Source: Candidatus Falkowbacteria bacterium (GTDB taxonomy: Bacteria > Patescibacteriota > Patescibacteriia > UBA11705). Taken from it: a stretch of 64,000 nt of DNA. Of this stretch, positions 48,320-58,613 are shown piece after piece. Numbering within the stretch: the stretch's first letter is position 1; every line of letters starts with the position of its first letter. Position numbers and translations under genes: made by a program. Location: assembly GCA_003518055.1 (NCBI GenBank), contig DOZJ01000002.1, positions 299,785 through 363,784 of the forward strand, read 5' to 3'. The notes below the pieces were generated by a model, which worked only from the letters and a program-made list of their open reading frames with translations, was not told where the DNA came from and made no database searches.

Positions 48320-49435
48320 ATGACTCACATGAGCAACAACGTAGATTTTGAAAAGTTCTTCCTCTCATTATTGGAAGAGCTGGCTGCGCGTGAACAAGAA
48401 GTACTCAAAAAACGCTATCAGCTGACAGGTGATGTGGCGCAAAAAAACACCTTGAAGCAGATTGGCGATGAGTATGGAATTACACGCGAACGCGTCCGCC
48501 AAATTGAAAAAGAGGCCATCAATAAATTGGTCAAGTTGGCCAAGGCCGATAATTACCTCACCGAGCTTCAGGCGATCAAAGATTCTTTGGTCCGCTATCT
48601 CGAGCGCCGGGGTGGTTTGGCGCGCGAAGACGAATTGGTGTCAGATCATTTGTATAATGATTACAAATTGACCACTCTGCATCAAAACGCCTATCTGTTT
48701 GTGCTGGAGCATATGATTGATGAAGTGGACCAACACGAAGCCGGTGATGATTATCACTCATTTTGGATTTTGACCGCAGTTGACCGCCAGAGCATTTTTG
48801 CCTTGGTCAATGAAGTGATCAATCACTTGGTCAAAAAAAGCGCGGTTCAGGATGAATCATCTTTGCTTTCAGCCATCAAGAATGAAATTCTCCCCAAAGT
48901 TGAATTGGCTCATTTTGATCCTTTGACCGGCAAACACACTGACGTTACGGTTGAAGATTTTATCCGCACCTATTTGTCCATCACCAAGAAGGTGGAAAAA
49001 AATATTCTCGACAACTGGGGTTTGGCTGAGTGGGCTGATGTGAAACCAAAGAAATTGTCAGACAAAATCCATTTGGTATTCAAAAAACATGAAAAACCTC
49101 TGCACTTCCGTGACGTGGCTGAGTTGATCAACACCGCGAATTTCGACAAAAAGAATATTTGCGCTGCCACGGTTCACAATGAACTCATCGCTAACGAAGG
49201 CTATGTCCTTATCGGCCGCGGCATCTACGCCAAGAAAGATTGGGGATATACTCCGGGCACTGTGACTGATATCATCAGCCAGATTTTGAAAGACAACTCA
49301 CAGCCGATGACCAAAGAAGACATTTACGACGCGGTTTTAAAACAACGTCAAGTCAATCCTTCAACCATTTATCTGTCACTCATCAACAAAAACAAGTTCA
49401 ATAAATTATCCAACGGTTTGTTTGAACTCAAATAA
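48320..49435 (+). CDS. DNA-binding protein with a sigma-70 region-4-like HTH (hypothetical regulator)
   Basis: LKQIGDEYGITRERVRQIEKEAINKL resembles sigma region 4.2. Upstream is an extremely AT-rich segment with three CTTGAC(A/T) boxes at about 30-45 bp spacing. Confidence 0.55.
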   Translation: MTHMSNNVDFEKFFLSLLEELAAREQEVLKKRYQLTGDVAQKNTLKQIGDEYGITRERVRQIEKEAINKLVKLAKADNYLTELQAIKDSLVRYLERRGGLAREDELVSDHLYNDYKLTTLHQNAYLFVLEHMIDEVDQHEAGDDYHSFWILTAVDRQSIFALVNEVINHLVKKSAVQDESSLLSAIKNEILPKVELAHFDPLTGKHTDVTVEDFIRTYLSITKKVEKNILDNWGLAEWADVKPKKLSDKIHLVFKKHEKPLHFRDVAELINTANFDKKNICAATVHNELIANEGYVLIGRGIYAKKDWGYTPGTVTDIISQILKDNSQPMTKEDIYDAVLKQRQVNPSTIYLSLINKNKFNKLSNGLFELK

Positions 49436-49565
49436 ACAATCCGTATATCATATTAACAAAGACCGAGGCTCAACCTCGGTTTTTGTTTTCTCCTTAGTTT
49501 GAGCGGCTGTTATCCCGATTTTCTTGTTGGCGCTGTGAAAACGTGGTATAATTTTATTGAAATTT

Positions 49566-51227
49566 ATGGATATCTCAATCCTCGGTTACCAGCTGACATT
49601 TGATTTTGATTGGATTTACGTGCTGGGAACAAAACCATTTTATGAATTACTTTGGTTCTTCATGGTCAATGGAGGCTGGCTTTTGATTCTGTTGGTGTGT
49701 ATATGGGGTGGATTTGAAATTTTTATTTTCAACAACCAGAATAAATTTGCCGCCAAGCAGAAATATGTTTATCTCGCGCTCGATATCCCGCGCCAGAACC
49801 TGCAGTCGCCTCAAGCGGTGGAAAATGTTTTCTCCACTTTAGCCGGGGCACACATGCCGCTTGAATGGGAGGAAAAAATGTTTGACGGCGCTTTCCAGCT
49901 CGGTTTTAGTTTTGAGATCGTCAGCTTTGACGGTTTTATTCAATACGTGGTCCGGACGCCCGTCCAATGGCGCGATTTGGTGGAATCGGCGGTTTACTCT
50001 CAATATCCGGACGCGGAGATTACACAGATAGAGGATTACACCAAAGAATTAAGTATCACGTTTCCTAGTGACGAGTACGATTTGTGGGGATCGGATTTGG
50101 TTTTGTATAACAAACCGTATTTTCCCATTCGTTCCTACAAAACATTTGAAAGTAGTCTTAATCGCGATATCAAGGATCCATTGACCGCCTTGCTCGAGGT
50201 GATGAATAAGCTTGGGCCCGGCGAGCAGTTTTGGTTCCAGATTTTATTGTATCCGACTGACAATAAGTGGACCAAGGACGGTATCAACGCCATCAAGAAA
50301 ATGGTCGGCCAAAAAGTTGAAGAGAAAAAAAATTGGATGGATGTGGTTATGGATGAACCGCTTAAATGGTTTAATGAGCTTGGCACTCAAGCGCTTGGAG
50401 CGATGGGCTTTGGTGACGACGCCGCAGAAAAAAAACAGGAAGACAGAATGATTTTCTTGCCGCCGATCGAGAAAATTCAAGCCGAGGGGATAGCCGAAAA
50501 GGTGTCTAAAATCGGTTTTGAGTGCAAATTACGAATTGTTTACGTTGCGCGACATGAAGTTTTCAACAAAGGCAAAGGCGTCTCCGGTACTTTTGGCGCC
50601 ATCAAACAATTTTCTGATCTGCACTTGAATGGCTTTAAGCCGGACAAGAATAAAACTCATGCGCGCTGGCCGTGGTTCAAGGAATACCGCAAACAGGAGA
50701 AACAAAACAAAGTTTTTCGAGCGTATAAAAAACGCGATTCCCAGACCGCCAGCCCCAAATATATTTTAAACATTGAAGAGTTGGCCACGCTTTGGCATTT
50801 CCCGTATTTTGAAATCAAAGGCCCGATCGTCAAGCGGATCGAGAGCAAACGCGTTATGTCTCCGGTTGGTCTGCCGATTGAACCCGGACTGCCGATCAAG
50901 GGTGGCGAGAAAAAAACATCAAGCGCGAGGAGCGCGGCTCAATCCAAAGAGCCAGTGGTGGATTATGACGACAATTATTTCGAGAATCGTTTTGCCGTTG
51001 ATAAAACCGGCGAGGCTGATCGTCAACGCAAACAAGAACTGTTGACCAAAGCAACATCCAATAAAGCTAATCAACCGGCCACCCAGAGTAAAGACGTCGA
51101 AGATTCTTCTTTCTTCTTTGACGGCCACGAGACTTCAGTCTCAGCATCCGATGATGAAGATGATGATAATGAACAGCAGCCGCCGCGAACTGGCGGAGGC
51201 AATGTGCCGACAAATTTACCAGTTTAG
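49566..51227 (+). CDS. Membrane protein (2 N-terminal TM helices, 553 aa), hypothetical
   Basis: Extended -10 TGGTATAAT upstream, near-leaderless; co-oriented with the ATPase gene. Confidence 0.5.
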   Translation: MDISILGYQLTFDFDWIYVLGTKPFYELLWFFMVNGGWLLILLVCIWGGFEIFIFNNQNKFAAKQKYVYLALDIPRQNLQSPQAVENVFSTLAGAHMPLEWEEKMFDGAFQLGFSFEIVSFDGFIQYVVRTPVQWRDLVESAVYSQYPDAEITQIEDYTKELSITFPSDEYDLWGSDLVLYNKPYFPIRSYKTFESSLNRDIKDPLTALLEVMNKLGPGEQFWFQILLYPTDNKWTKDGINAIKKMVGQKVEEKKNWMDVVMDEPLKWFNELGTQALGAMGFGDDAAEKKQEDRMIFLPPIEKIQAEGIAEKVSKIGFECKLRIVYVARHEVFNKGKGVSGTFGAIKQFSDLHLNGFKPDKNKTHARWPWFKEYRKQEKQNKVFRAYKKRDSQTASPKYILNIEELATLWHFPYFEIKGPIVKRIESKRVMSPVGLPIEPGLPIKGGEKKTSSARSAAQSKEPVVDYDDNYFENRFAVDKTGEADRQRKQELLTKATSNKANQPATQSKDVEDSSFFFDGHETSVSASDDEDDDNEQQPPRTGGGNVPTNLPV

Positions 51228-51355
51228 TTCTTTTGACCTGAATCAAGCCGTCTGTTTTGTCTTGACCCGGCTATATTAGTTTCACCAAGTGGTCACGTCC
51301 TCCAATAATTACATTTATTTGCTATTCAAACGTTACTTTACCTTCTTAATTTGCT

Positions 51356-53581
51356 ATGCCTACCAACAATCCTAACGATGACATCACTTACTTTGCCAAG
51401 ACCGATTTTCGCGGTCAAGGCGTTAAGTTTGGGATTCGGCGCGATGACCGCCGCCGCCACATGTACATCATCGGTAAAACCGGTATGGGCAAGTCGGTTT
51501 TGATTGAAAATTTGGTTTATAGCGACATTATTAACGGCAATGGCGTGGCTCTGATCGATCCCCACGGCGATTCAGTTGAACAAATTATCAAATCCATACC
51601 GGCCGAACGTATCAATGATGTGGTTTATATCAATCCGGCTGATCTTGATTTCCCGGTCGCTTTTAATGTTTTGGAAAAGGTTGAAGCCAAATATCGCCAC
51701 CTCATCGCCTCGGGCATTGTCGGGGTGTTCAAAAAACTCTGGGCTGACAGCTGGGGCCCACGTTTGGAGTATTTACTGCGCAACGCGATTTTGGCCCTGC
51801 TTGATTATCCCGACAGCACGCTGCTCGGTGTTAACCGGCTTTTTATTGACAAAGATTACCGCAAAAAGGTGGTAGCAAAAGTCAAAGATCCGGTCGTCAA
51901 AGCTTTCTGGGAGGATGAATTTTCCAAATACAATCAGTCGTTTATGGTTGAGGCGATCGCGCCTATTCAAAACAAGGTCGGACAGTTTTTGTCGACATCG
52001 TTGGTCCGCAATCTGGTCGGTCAGGTGAAATCAACCATTGATATGCGCAAGATTATGGATGATGGCAAGATTCTACTGGTTAATTTGTCCAAAGGTAGAA
52101 TCGGTGAAGACTCTTCCGCCATGATCGGCAATATGATCGTTACCAAACTGCAGCTGGCCGCTATGAGCCGAGTGGATATGCCGGAAAGTGAGCGCCGCGA
52201 TTTTTATTTATATGTTGATGAGTTCCAAAACTTCGCTACCGAATCATTCGCCAACATTTTATCCGAAGCTCGAAAATACAAATTAAATTTGATTGTCGGT
52301 CATCAATACATCGAACAGCTTGACGAGACGGTTTCCGCCGCGATTTTTGGTAACGTCGGCACATTCGTCGTTTTCAGAGTCGGCGCCGCCGATGCCGAGG
52401 TGCTGGTCAAGGAGTTTGAACCGTTTTTCCTCGAAGAAGACCTGGTCAACTTACCCAAATATCATGTTTATTTGAAATTAATGATCAATGGTGTAGCCTC
52501 TGATCCGTTTAGCGCCGCCACCTTGCCGCCGCATTCGGTTGAAACCGGCACAGAGGAAACCGTGATTGCCGTTTCTCGTGAACGCTATGGCCGCCCGCGC
52601 GAGATGGTTGAAGACAAGATTGCCCGCTGGAGCGGGATTGAAACCGAAGAAATGCTGGAAAAACTGGAAAGAGATCAATTAGATAAAAAAATAAAAAAAG
52701 TTCAAGCCAAAGGCATTGATTTTCTAGCCAGTCTGGATGGTTATTTGCATCAAGAAGACGAGGTTGAAACCAATGATGACGGGACTCCGAGCGTCGAAGA
52801 GGAATACGTGGTGAATTGTAATTCTTGCGGCGAAAAAACCAAAATTACTTTCAAGCCGGATGGTGTTAGACCTGTATATTGTAAAGATTGTTTGAGCGAA
52901 TATCGGCGCCAGCAATCAACGGCGGAAAATCTCAGCCAAGGCATTAGCCCGGTGGCAAAAGAACGTGATGATGAAGATGACCGGCCTTCGAAGTGGCCTA
53001 AAAAGAAAAAATTTATTGATTATGATCGCGCGCGCAAGGTTCAAGATTCGTTAAAACGGCCGGTTACGCCGCCTCCAACTCCGGCGCCGAGACCAAGTTT
53101 TCAAACCGCACCAAAACCAACCGTTAGTAGCACTACAACGGTCAATTCAAAACCAACAACAACAATAACCACAACAACAACGACAACAACACAGCGTCCA
53201 TCAAGCAGTGCAGTTCAGCCGTCCTCTCAATCTCGACCGGCCCAGCCATCAAAACCGGCAGCGGTTGTTAATCAAGCTGCAGGCACTCCACGCCCCGCGA
53301 AGCCGCCAACATCCCCGGCCGCTATGACCAAACCAATCACACCGCCACGGCCCAAAGTTGAACCCAAACCGCTCAGTCAAGGTGAAATCGTCGCCAAAGA
53401 CACGCCGGAAGAAATTTCCTTAGCCGCGGCCTTATCCCAAGGCGTGCAGACATTCTCCGGTAAAAAACGGAAAGATTTAAAATTGGATGATGATATATTT
53501 GCCAATTATCAAAAAATGATCAGCGGCGGCGAGGCTGACGACGACGAGGCTTCGGCTGAAGGTTTGAAAGTAGCCGAGTAA
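51356..53581 (+). CDS. TrwB/VirD4/TraD-like P-loop ATPase with a C-terminal CxxC...CxxC zinc ribbon and a Thr/Pro-rich disordered tail
   Basis: YIIGKTGMGKSVLIENL...ALIDPHGD (Walker A and coupling-protein-like block); Walker B LYVDEFQNF; zinc ribbon CNSCGEKTKITFKPDGVRPVYCKDC; the tail is encoded partly by an (ACA)n tract. Confidence 0.6.
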   Translation: MPTNNPNDDITYFAKTDFRGQGVKFGIRRDDRRRHMYIIGKTGMGKSVLIENLVYSDIINGNGVALIDPHGDSVEQIIKSIPAERINDVVYINPADLDFPVAFNVLEKVEAKYRHLIASGIVGVFKKLWADSWGPRLEYLLRNAILALLDYPDSTLLGVNRLFIDKDYRKKVVAKVKDPVVKAFWEDEFSKYNQSFMVEAIAPIQNKVGQFLSTSLVRNLVGQVKSTIDMRKIMDDGKILLVNLSKGRIGEDSSAMIGNMIVTKLQLAAMSRVDMPESERRDFYLYVDEFQNFATESFANILSEARKYKLNLIVGHQYIEQLDETVSAAIFGNVGTFVVFRVGAADAEVLVKEFEPFFLEEDLVNLPKYHVYLKLMINGVASDPFSAATLPPHSVETGTEETVIAVSRERYGRPREMVEDKIARWSGIETEEMLEKLERDQLDKKIKKVQAKGIDFLASLDGYLHQEDEVETNDDGTPSVEEEYVVNCNSCGEKTKITFKPDGVRPVYCKDCLSEYRRQQSTAENLSQGISPVAKERDDEDDRPSKWPKKKKFIDYDRARKVQDSLKRPVTPPPTPAPRPSFQTAPKPTVSSTTTVNSKPTTTITTTTTTTTQRPSSSAVQPSSQSRPAQPSKPAAVVNQAAGTPRPAKPPTSPAAMTKPITPPRPKVEPKPLSQGEIVAKDTPEEISLAAALSQGVQTFSGKKRKDLKLDDDIFANYQKMISGGEADDDEASAEGLKVAE

Positions 53582-53590
53582 TTCAATGAT

Positions 53591-54277
53591 ATGACCGAAT
53601 GGAGACTCAACAAATATTTGGCCGAGTCCGGAGTGGCGTCTCGGCGGGCAGCCGAGCGCTTTATTTTGGCCGGACAGGTCAAAGTTAATGCCAAGGTTGT
53701 CACCGAATTGGCGACCAAAATCAAACCATCTGACCGAGTTGAGGTGAACAATAAATTAGTTCAACCCGTAGAGACCAAAGTCTGCTTCATGTTGAACAAA
53801 CCGGTTGGCTACGTTTCCACCGCCAAAGTGAGCCGAGAAACCGGCGAATCGGTTTTGAGCTTGATCGATTATTCCGGTCGCCTGTACCCGGTCGGCCGAC
53901 TGGATCGTGACTCCAGCGGTTTGCTGCTTATCACCAATGACGGTGACTTGGCTTTGCGCTTGACGCATCCGCGTTATGAAAAAGACAAGGAATATGAAGT
54001 TACGGTGGATAAAAAAATCACTCCCGACTTGATTGCCGGCTTCAACCGCGGTGTGCGGTTAGCCGATGGCCAAACTCTGCCGGCCAAATTTATCGCCGCC
54101 GGTCCCAAACGGTTTACCGTCATTTTAAAAGAAGGCAAGAACCGCCAGATTCGGCGAGTGTGCCAGAGGTTCAATTTTGCAGTCGTGAAACTGCATCGTA
54201 CGCGCATCGGAAAATTAAAACTTGGTAACCTGAAGATTGGCAGATATAACCGAATTAACGTGGAGGACATAAAATAA
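53591..54277 (+). CDS. RsuA/RluB-family pseudouridine synthase with an S4 domain
   Basis: GRLDRDSSGLLLITNDG catalytic motif. Confidence 0.85.
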   Translation: MTEWRLNKYLAESGVASRRAAERFILAGQVKVNAKVVTELATKIKPSDRVEVNNKLVQPVETKVCFMLNKPVGYVSTAKVSRETGESVLSLIDYSGRLYPVGRLDRDSSGLLLITNDGDLALRLTHPRYEKDKEYEVTVDKKITPDLIAGFNRGVRLADGQTLPAKFIAAGPKRFTVILKEGKNRQIRRVCQRFNFAVVKLHRTRIGKLKLGNLKIGRYNRINVEDIK

Positions 54278-54320
54278 TTTAAAAGAAAAAAACTGCAGTT
54301 ATTTTTGCAGTTCGAATCAA

Positions 54321-54701
54321 TTACTTTTTTTCCTCATCGGCACTCGTTTTGTGCGGCTTGAGCTTGACAATCAGATAGTACTCATACTCGTGGGGGCACT
54401 GACCGCAGCTGCATGATCTGGTGTCTTCGACCAGAAACGAAATGTTCAGGTTGTTGATGGTGAGGCTTTCGTCCTTCCAGTGTTCTCTGGCACGATCCAC
54501 GATCATGTCGAAATCGATAGGAGTCTTGCTATACTCGAAAATTTCGATCGCGAAGTGTTCATCGTTGTTGGTCAACTCGGGGCTGGGCTTGTACCGCATC
54601 TCTACGCTCCTTTTATTCGAGTGGTCTGCGTCGTGTGTGCTATCTTGCTTTCGCTTGTTATTCCTCCACGATTGTTCAGATTTTACTTTATATTTTAGCA
54701 T
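54321..54701 (-). CDS. Hypothetical small protein (126 aa), tandem paralogue 1
   Basis: Shares ...ERW.D..LT...NL.I......CxxxC..YYLIVK with the next ORF; each has the same CTGCA...TGCAG + T6 terminator. Confidence 0.5.
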   Translation of the reverse strand: MLKYKVKSEQSWRNNKRKQDSTHDADHSNKRSVEMRYKPSPELTNNDEHFAIEIFEYSKTPIDFDMIVDRAREHWKDESLTINNLNISFLVEDTRSCSCGQCPHEYEYYLIVKLKPHKTSADEEKK

Positions 54702-54780
54702 AAAAATAATAAATAGTCAATAGAGCCCATTTTTTTAGCTAAAATGAGTATAAAAAAACTGCAGTTTTGTGCAGTTAATA

Positions 54781-55131
54781 TCAATTTTGCCTTTGCTCCC
54801 GGCGTTTAACAATAATATAGTAATCACAATCAGGTTCGTCAGGACTTAATGAACTTCCCTTCATCATATCGGGATAGAGATCAATATCAAGATTGTCGAA
54901 AGTGATTGTTGGGTCATCCCAACGTTCTTTGGCTTGTTCGACTAGCTGGAAAAAGATCCGCTCTTGCTGTTCACGAGTGATAGACTGGCTGCGAGCTTTT
55001 CTGCCACACTCGCGTCGTAACGAAACCGGTAGGCTGTGATTAGTGTAAAAGGCCAGCCTTGAGAGCTGCTCCCAACAAACCACAAATTGATTTTCGTTAT
55101 CTTGGAGTTCGGGGGTGGCTTCTGGAGGCAT
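54781..55131 (-). CDS. Hypothetical small protein (116 aa), tandem paralogue 2
   Basis: See paralogue 1. Confidence 0.5.
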   Translation of the reverse strand: MPPEATPELQDNENQFVVCWEQLSRLAFYTNHSLPVSLRRECGRKARSQSITREQQERIFFQLVEQAKERWDDPTITFDNLDIDLYPDMMKGSSLSPDEPDCDYYIIVKRREQRQN

Positions 55132-55200
55132 TCATTAGCTCCTCGACCTTGGGTTGATAAAAGATGCGATTGGTTGATAGTTTAGCATCAAACATAAAAA

Positions 55201-56214
55201 ATGTCAATGAAACGGTATAAATCCATCAATCATGATGCGGTAAGTGAGATTGAGATAAAAAAACTTTGGTCTGATTTTGATTTACCTGAAATTGTCTCGA
55301 TCGAATCGCAAGCAGAATATTCATCCACCGGTTTTATTATAATAACAACCAAGAACAAATATTATCTCTGCCTTCACCCGGCCAAGCCATCGATTTTTTC
55401 CCGCAGTCAGAATGATCTTCTCGGAGAAATAGATATTTTACAGCGATTACGGGAGAAGCGGTTACCTGTCGCGCGGCCGATTGCGACCAAAGATGACAAA
55501 CTTATCATTTCGGTTAAAGGCCGCAAGGGCTTTCTTCGGGGATATCTTGAATGTGAAGCCCTCAAAAAACCATCGACGGTTAATTTAACCCAAGCCGGGG
55601 TGCTTTTGGCCAAGATTCATCTGTCTTTACGCCGCTGGACGCCGCCGCATCGCCGGACGCAATTCTGGGGGCCGGAAAAAATACGCCGGTATTGGACCAA
55701 AAATAAAAAAATAATTTTAGCCAGTAAATTACCGGATAAAAAAGCCCTAGTTGATCGGTTGGAGCAAAAACAGCACGAGTTCAAGTTTTCCAAAACGCTG
55801 CCAACGGGTATTTTGCATGAAGATTTTGGCCAAAGGCATGTATTGTGGCACAAAAATAAAATTACCGGTGTGATTGATTTTGACCGATCATACCGCGGAC
55901 TGTTAATCCTAGATGTTGGTCAAGCGATTCGTGGCTGGTGTTTTGATCCGGCATGGAAGAAGCTTAATCTCGAGAAATTAAATTATTTTTTGTCAGGTTA
56001 CCAAAGCCAAAGACAGTTATCTGTGGCTGAAAAAAAACATTTGGTTCAAGCGATAAAATTTGGCTTAGTTGAACGCGGTTTGTCGTTTTTATTAAGAGGT
56101 TTGAATTATAATAATCGGGAATGGCTGGATTTTGCCCGCCGCAGTTTGTTTAATTTGGTTGATGAGGTTGAAAAAATGGCGCCCGAGATCGAAAAAATAA
56201 AAAACACTAAATAG
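55201..56214 (+). CDS. Aminoglycoside-phosphotransferase/choline-kinase-fold kinase (APH family)
   Basis: HEDFGQRHVLW...VIDFDRS catalytic loop and DFD motif. Confidence 0.7.
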   Translation: MSMKRYKSINHDAVSEIEIKKLWSDFDLPEIVSIESQAEYSSTGFIIITTKNKYYLCLHPAKPSIFSRSQNDLLGEIDILQRLREKRLPVARPIATKDDKLIISVKGRKGFLRGYLECEALKKPSTVNLTQAGVLLAKIHLSLRRWTPPHRRTQFWGPEKIRRYWTKNKKIILASKLPDKKALVDRLEQKQHEFKFSKTLPTGILHEDFGQRHVLWHKNKITGVIDFDRSYRGLLILDVGQAIRGWCFDPAWKKLNLEKLNYFLSGYQSQRQLSVAEKKHLVQAIKFGLVERGLSFLLRGLNYNNREWLDFARRSLFNLVDEVEKMAPEIEKIKNTK

Positions 56215-56764
56215 TTTTATTTAGTGTCGGTAGAAGAGAAAACTCCGGCCCATCCGGTGTCCAATGAGCCAAGACTTTGATTGTCCTAGCCTTAGATAAC
56301 GCCGAATGATCTTGGTCAATCCAGACTTGGCGCCGGATCAAAATCCTCAAGCAATTTTTCACAATCGGTATGAGATTCCGCCAATCAGATCGTTGAGCTG
56401 TCCCTTTCCAGCCGGTTTGCTGGTCGAAATCATAATTGCCGTTTTTATACCATTGCCAGCCGCGAGAAATTAGGAAGAGTGAGTGCGTTATAAGCGAAGC
56501 CTGAACATAAATAATCAAGTCGTATTTTTCAAGCGGTTCCCGCGCGCCGCCGCCGGTGCCATGGACGTCTTCGATAAAATAAAATGTCCCTTCGGCAAAA
56601 GTTTTCGGCTCGGCGCAATCTCGATCGATCGGGTGACGGGTGGTGATAAAATTATCCGCGTCAAAGTGGGCGACCGGCCACTGAAGCGATCGAAATAACT
56701 GAACTAATTGTCGGCGCAAAGTGCTTTTACCAACAATCCCAATGCCGGTAATCAGAATTTTCAT
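56207..56764 (-). CDS. P-loop NTPase/kinase-like protein
   Basis: ILITGIGIVGKST Walker A; GAGGAG Shine-Dalgarno. Confidence 0.55.
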   Translation of the reverse strand: MKILITGIGIVGKSTLRRQLVQLFRSLQWPVAHFDADNFITTRHPIDRDCAEPKTFAEGTFYFIEDVHGTGGGAREPLEKYDLIIYVQASLITHSLFLISRGWQWYKNGNYDFDQQTGWKGTAQRSDWRNLIPIVKNCLRILIRRQVWIDQDHSALSKARTIKVLAHWTPDGPEFSLLPTLNKTI

Positions 56765-56854
56765 GGTGGTCTCCTCATTTTGGGTATTGAACAGATTATT
56801 TTAACATCCAGTTTGGGAATTGTCAATCGTTAGGTCGTTTGAACCAAAATAAAA

Positions 56855-58612
56855 ATGAAAAACAAAACCAAAGATCTGCTGCTCGTTTTTAGTCATGTTT
56901 ATAAACTTATAATCGGTTATAAGCGGCTTTTGTTTTTTTCGGTTTTTATCGTGATGTTAACGCAAGTGATTGATTTGGCCGGCCGATATTTATTCAAAGA
57001 TATTATCGATGGATTAATTAGTGATCCGATCATTGCCGTCAATAAACTCGTGCTGCTGGTTGGCGGCATGGTCGCCGTTTATTTTTCGATCAGTGTCTTG
57101 GAATATTTCAGCACCTTATACATTGTAAAGACTGAGGTCCAGATCGGCCACGAATTGATGCTGCGGGTGTATCAAAAACTGATGGATTTATCCCTCGGTT
57201 ATCACGAAAAAGAAAATACCGGCTCTAAATTGACCAAGATTCAATACGGGATCGAAAGTATCAAAAATATTTATTCCCGATTTTTTTGGGATTTTTTTCC
57301 GACGCTGATTAAGATTTTATTCACCTTCGGATTTTTTATCGTGCTTGACTGGCGCATCAGTCTGGTCTATTTGATTATTGTGCCTTTATTCATTATCAAG
57401 TCCCTGAGACTCAACTTTCGGTTGTATCCTTTCCGCAAAAAAATCCGCCGCGGTTTTGAGCATGTCTACGGCGATATGGGGCAGACGGTGTACAATATCA
57501 AAACCGTTCAGGCGTATGTGCAGGAACACACGGAAATGGGCCGCAGCAAGCGCGGCGTGGCCGGAATCCTGAGAACCCAACTGGATTTCTTCCGGATTAT
57601 GTTCTCCGGCAATTTTATCCGCTACAATCTTATTACCATCGGCATGGCCGCGGTCATCGGTTTCGGTTCTTATCTTGCCTACATCGGCGCCGTCACTCCC
57701 GGCGAATTGGTTATGTTTTTAACTCTGGCCATGGAGTCATACTTTTCTTTGTTTCAATTATCCCGCGTTTATGATCATATTATGGAAGCCAAAGTCGGCG
57801 TCGAACGCATCACCAAGATATTGGAATCCGAACCGGATATCGATAAACATCTTGGTCAGGAAAAAATTGATCTGCGCGGGCAAATCGAATTTCATCGGGT
57901 CTATTTCAATTACGGCGAAGGCAACGTGATCAAAGATTTTACTTTAAAAATCAAACCCGGCGAAGTAGTCGCGTTTGTCGGTCCGTCCGGCGGCGGCAAG
58001 TCCACCATTGTCAAATTGCTCTATCGGTATTTTGACGCAGTCAAAGGCTCAATCCTTATCGATGGGATCAATCTCAAGGATTTGGATCTCGAATATTACC
58101 GCCGCCAGCTCGGCATTGTGACGCAGGATATTGATATTTTTAATGACACCATAGAATCTAATATCAAATACGGTGACCAGACCGCGTCGGCGCGGCGCAT
58201 CGTCGAGGCGGCCAAAATCGCCAACGCCGATGAATTTATTCGCAAGCTGACAAAGAAATATCAGTCCATTGTCGGCGAACGGGGGATCAAGCTTTCCGGC
58301 GGTCAAAAACAACGGATCGGCATCGCTCGAGCCGTGTTGGTCGATCCTAAAATTTTAATCCTTGACGAAGCGACCAGCTCTCTCGACGCCGAGTCAGAGG
58401 AAATGATCAAGCAAGCCATTAACACAGTGATAAAAAATCGCACCACCATTATTGTGGCCCACCGGTTGTCAACCATTCAGCACGCTGATCGGATTGTGGT
58501 GATTGACAAGGGCCGCATTGTCGAACAGGGGACTCACAAAGCATTGTTGCGCCAAAACGGCACTTACGCCCGATTGATCAAATTACAAATAGGGGGATAT
58601 TTAAGCTCATAA
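56855..58612 (+). CDS. ABC exporter, fused permease-ATPase (MsbA-like)
   Basis: 6-TM domain, Walker A GPSGGGKST, signature LSGGQKQR, Walker B ILILDEATS. Confidence 0.9.
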   Translation: MKNKTKDLLLVFSHVYKLIIGYKRLLFFSVFIVMLTQVIDLAGRYLFKDIIDGLISDPIIAVNKLVLLVGGMVAVYFSISVLEYFSTLYIVKTEVQIGHELMLRVYQKLMDLSLGYHEKENTGSKLTKIQYGIESIKNIYSRFFWDFFPTLIKILFTFGFFIVLDWRISLVYLIIVPLFIIKSLRLNFRLYPFRKKIRRGFEHVYGDMGQTVYNIKTVQAYVQEHTEMGRSKRGVAGILRTQLDFFRIMFSGNFIRYNLITIGMAAVIGFGSYLAYIGAVTPGELVMFLTLAMESYFSLFQLSRVYDHIMEAKVGVERITKILESEPDIDKHLGQEKIDLRGQIEFHRVYFNYGEGNVIKDFTLKIKPGEVVAFVGPSGGGKSTIVKLLYRYFDAVKGSILIDGINLKDLDLEYYRRQLGIVTQDIDIFNDTIESNIKYGDQTASARRIVEAAKIANADEFIRKLTKKYQSIVGERGIKLSGGQKQRIGIARAVLVDPKILILDEATSSLDAESEEMIKQAINTVIKNRTTIIVAHRLSTIQHADRIVVIDKGRIVEQGTHKALLRQNGTYARLIKLQIGGYLSS

Positions 58613-58613
58613 T

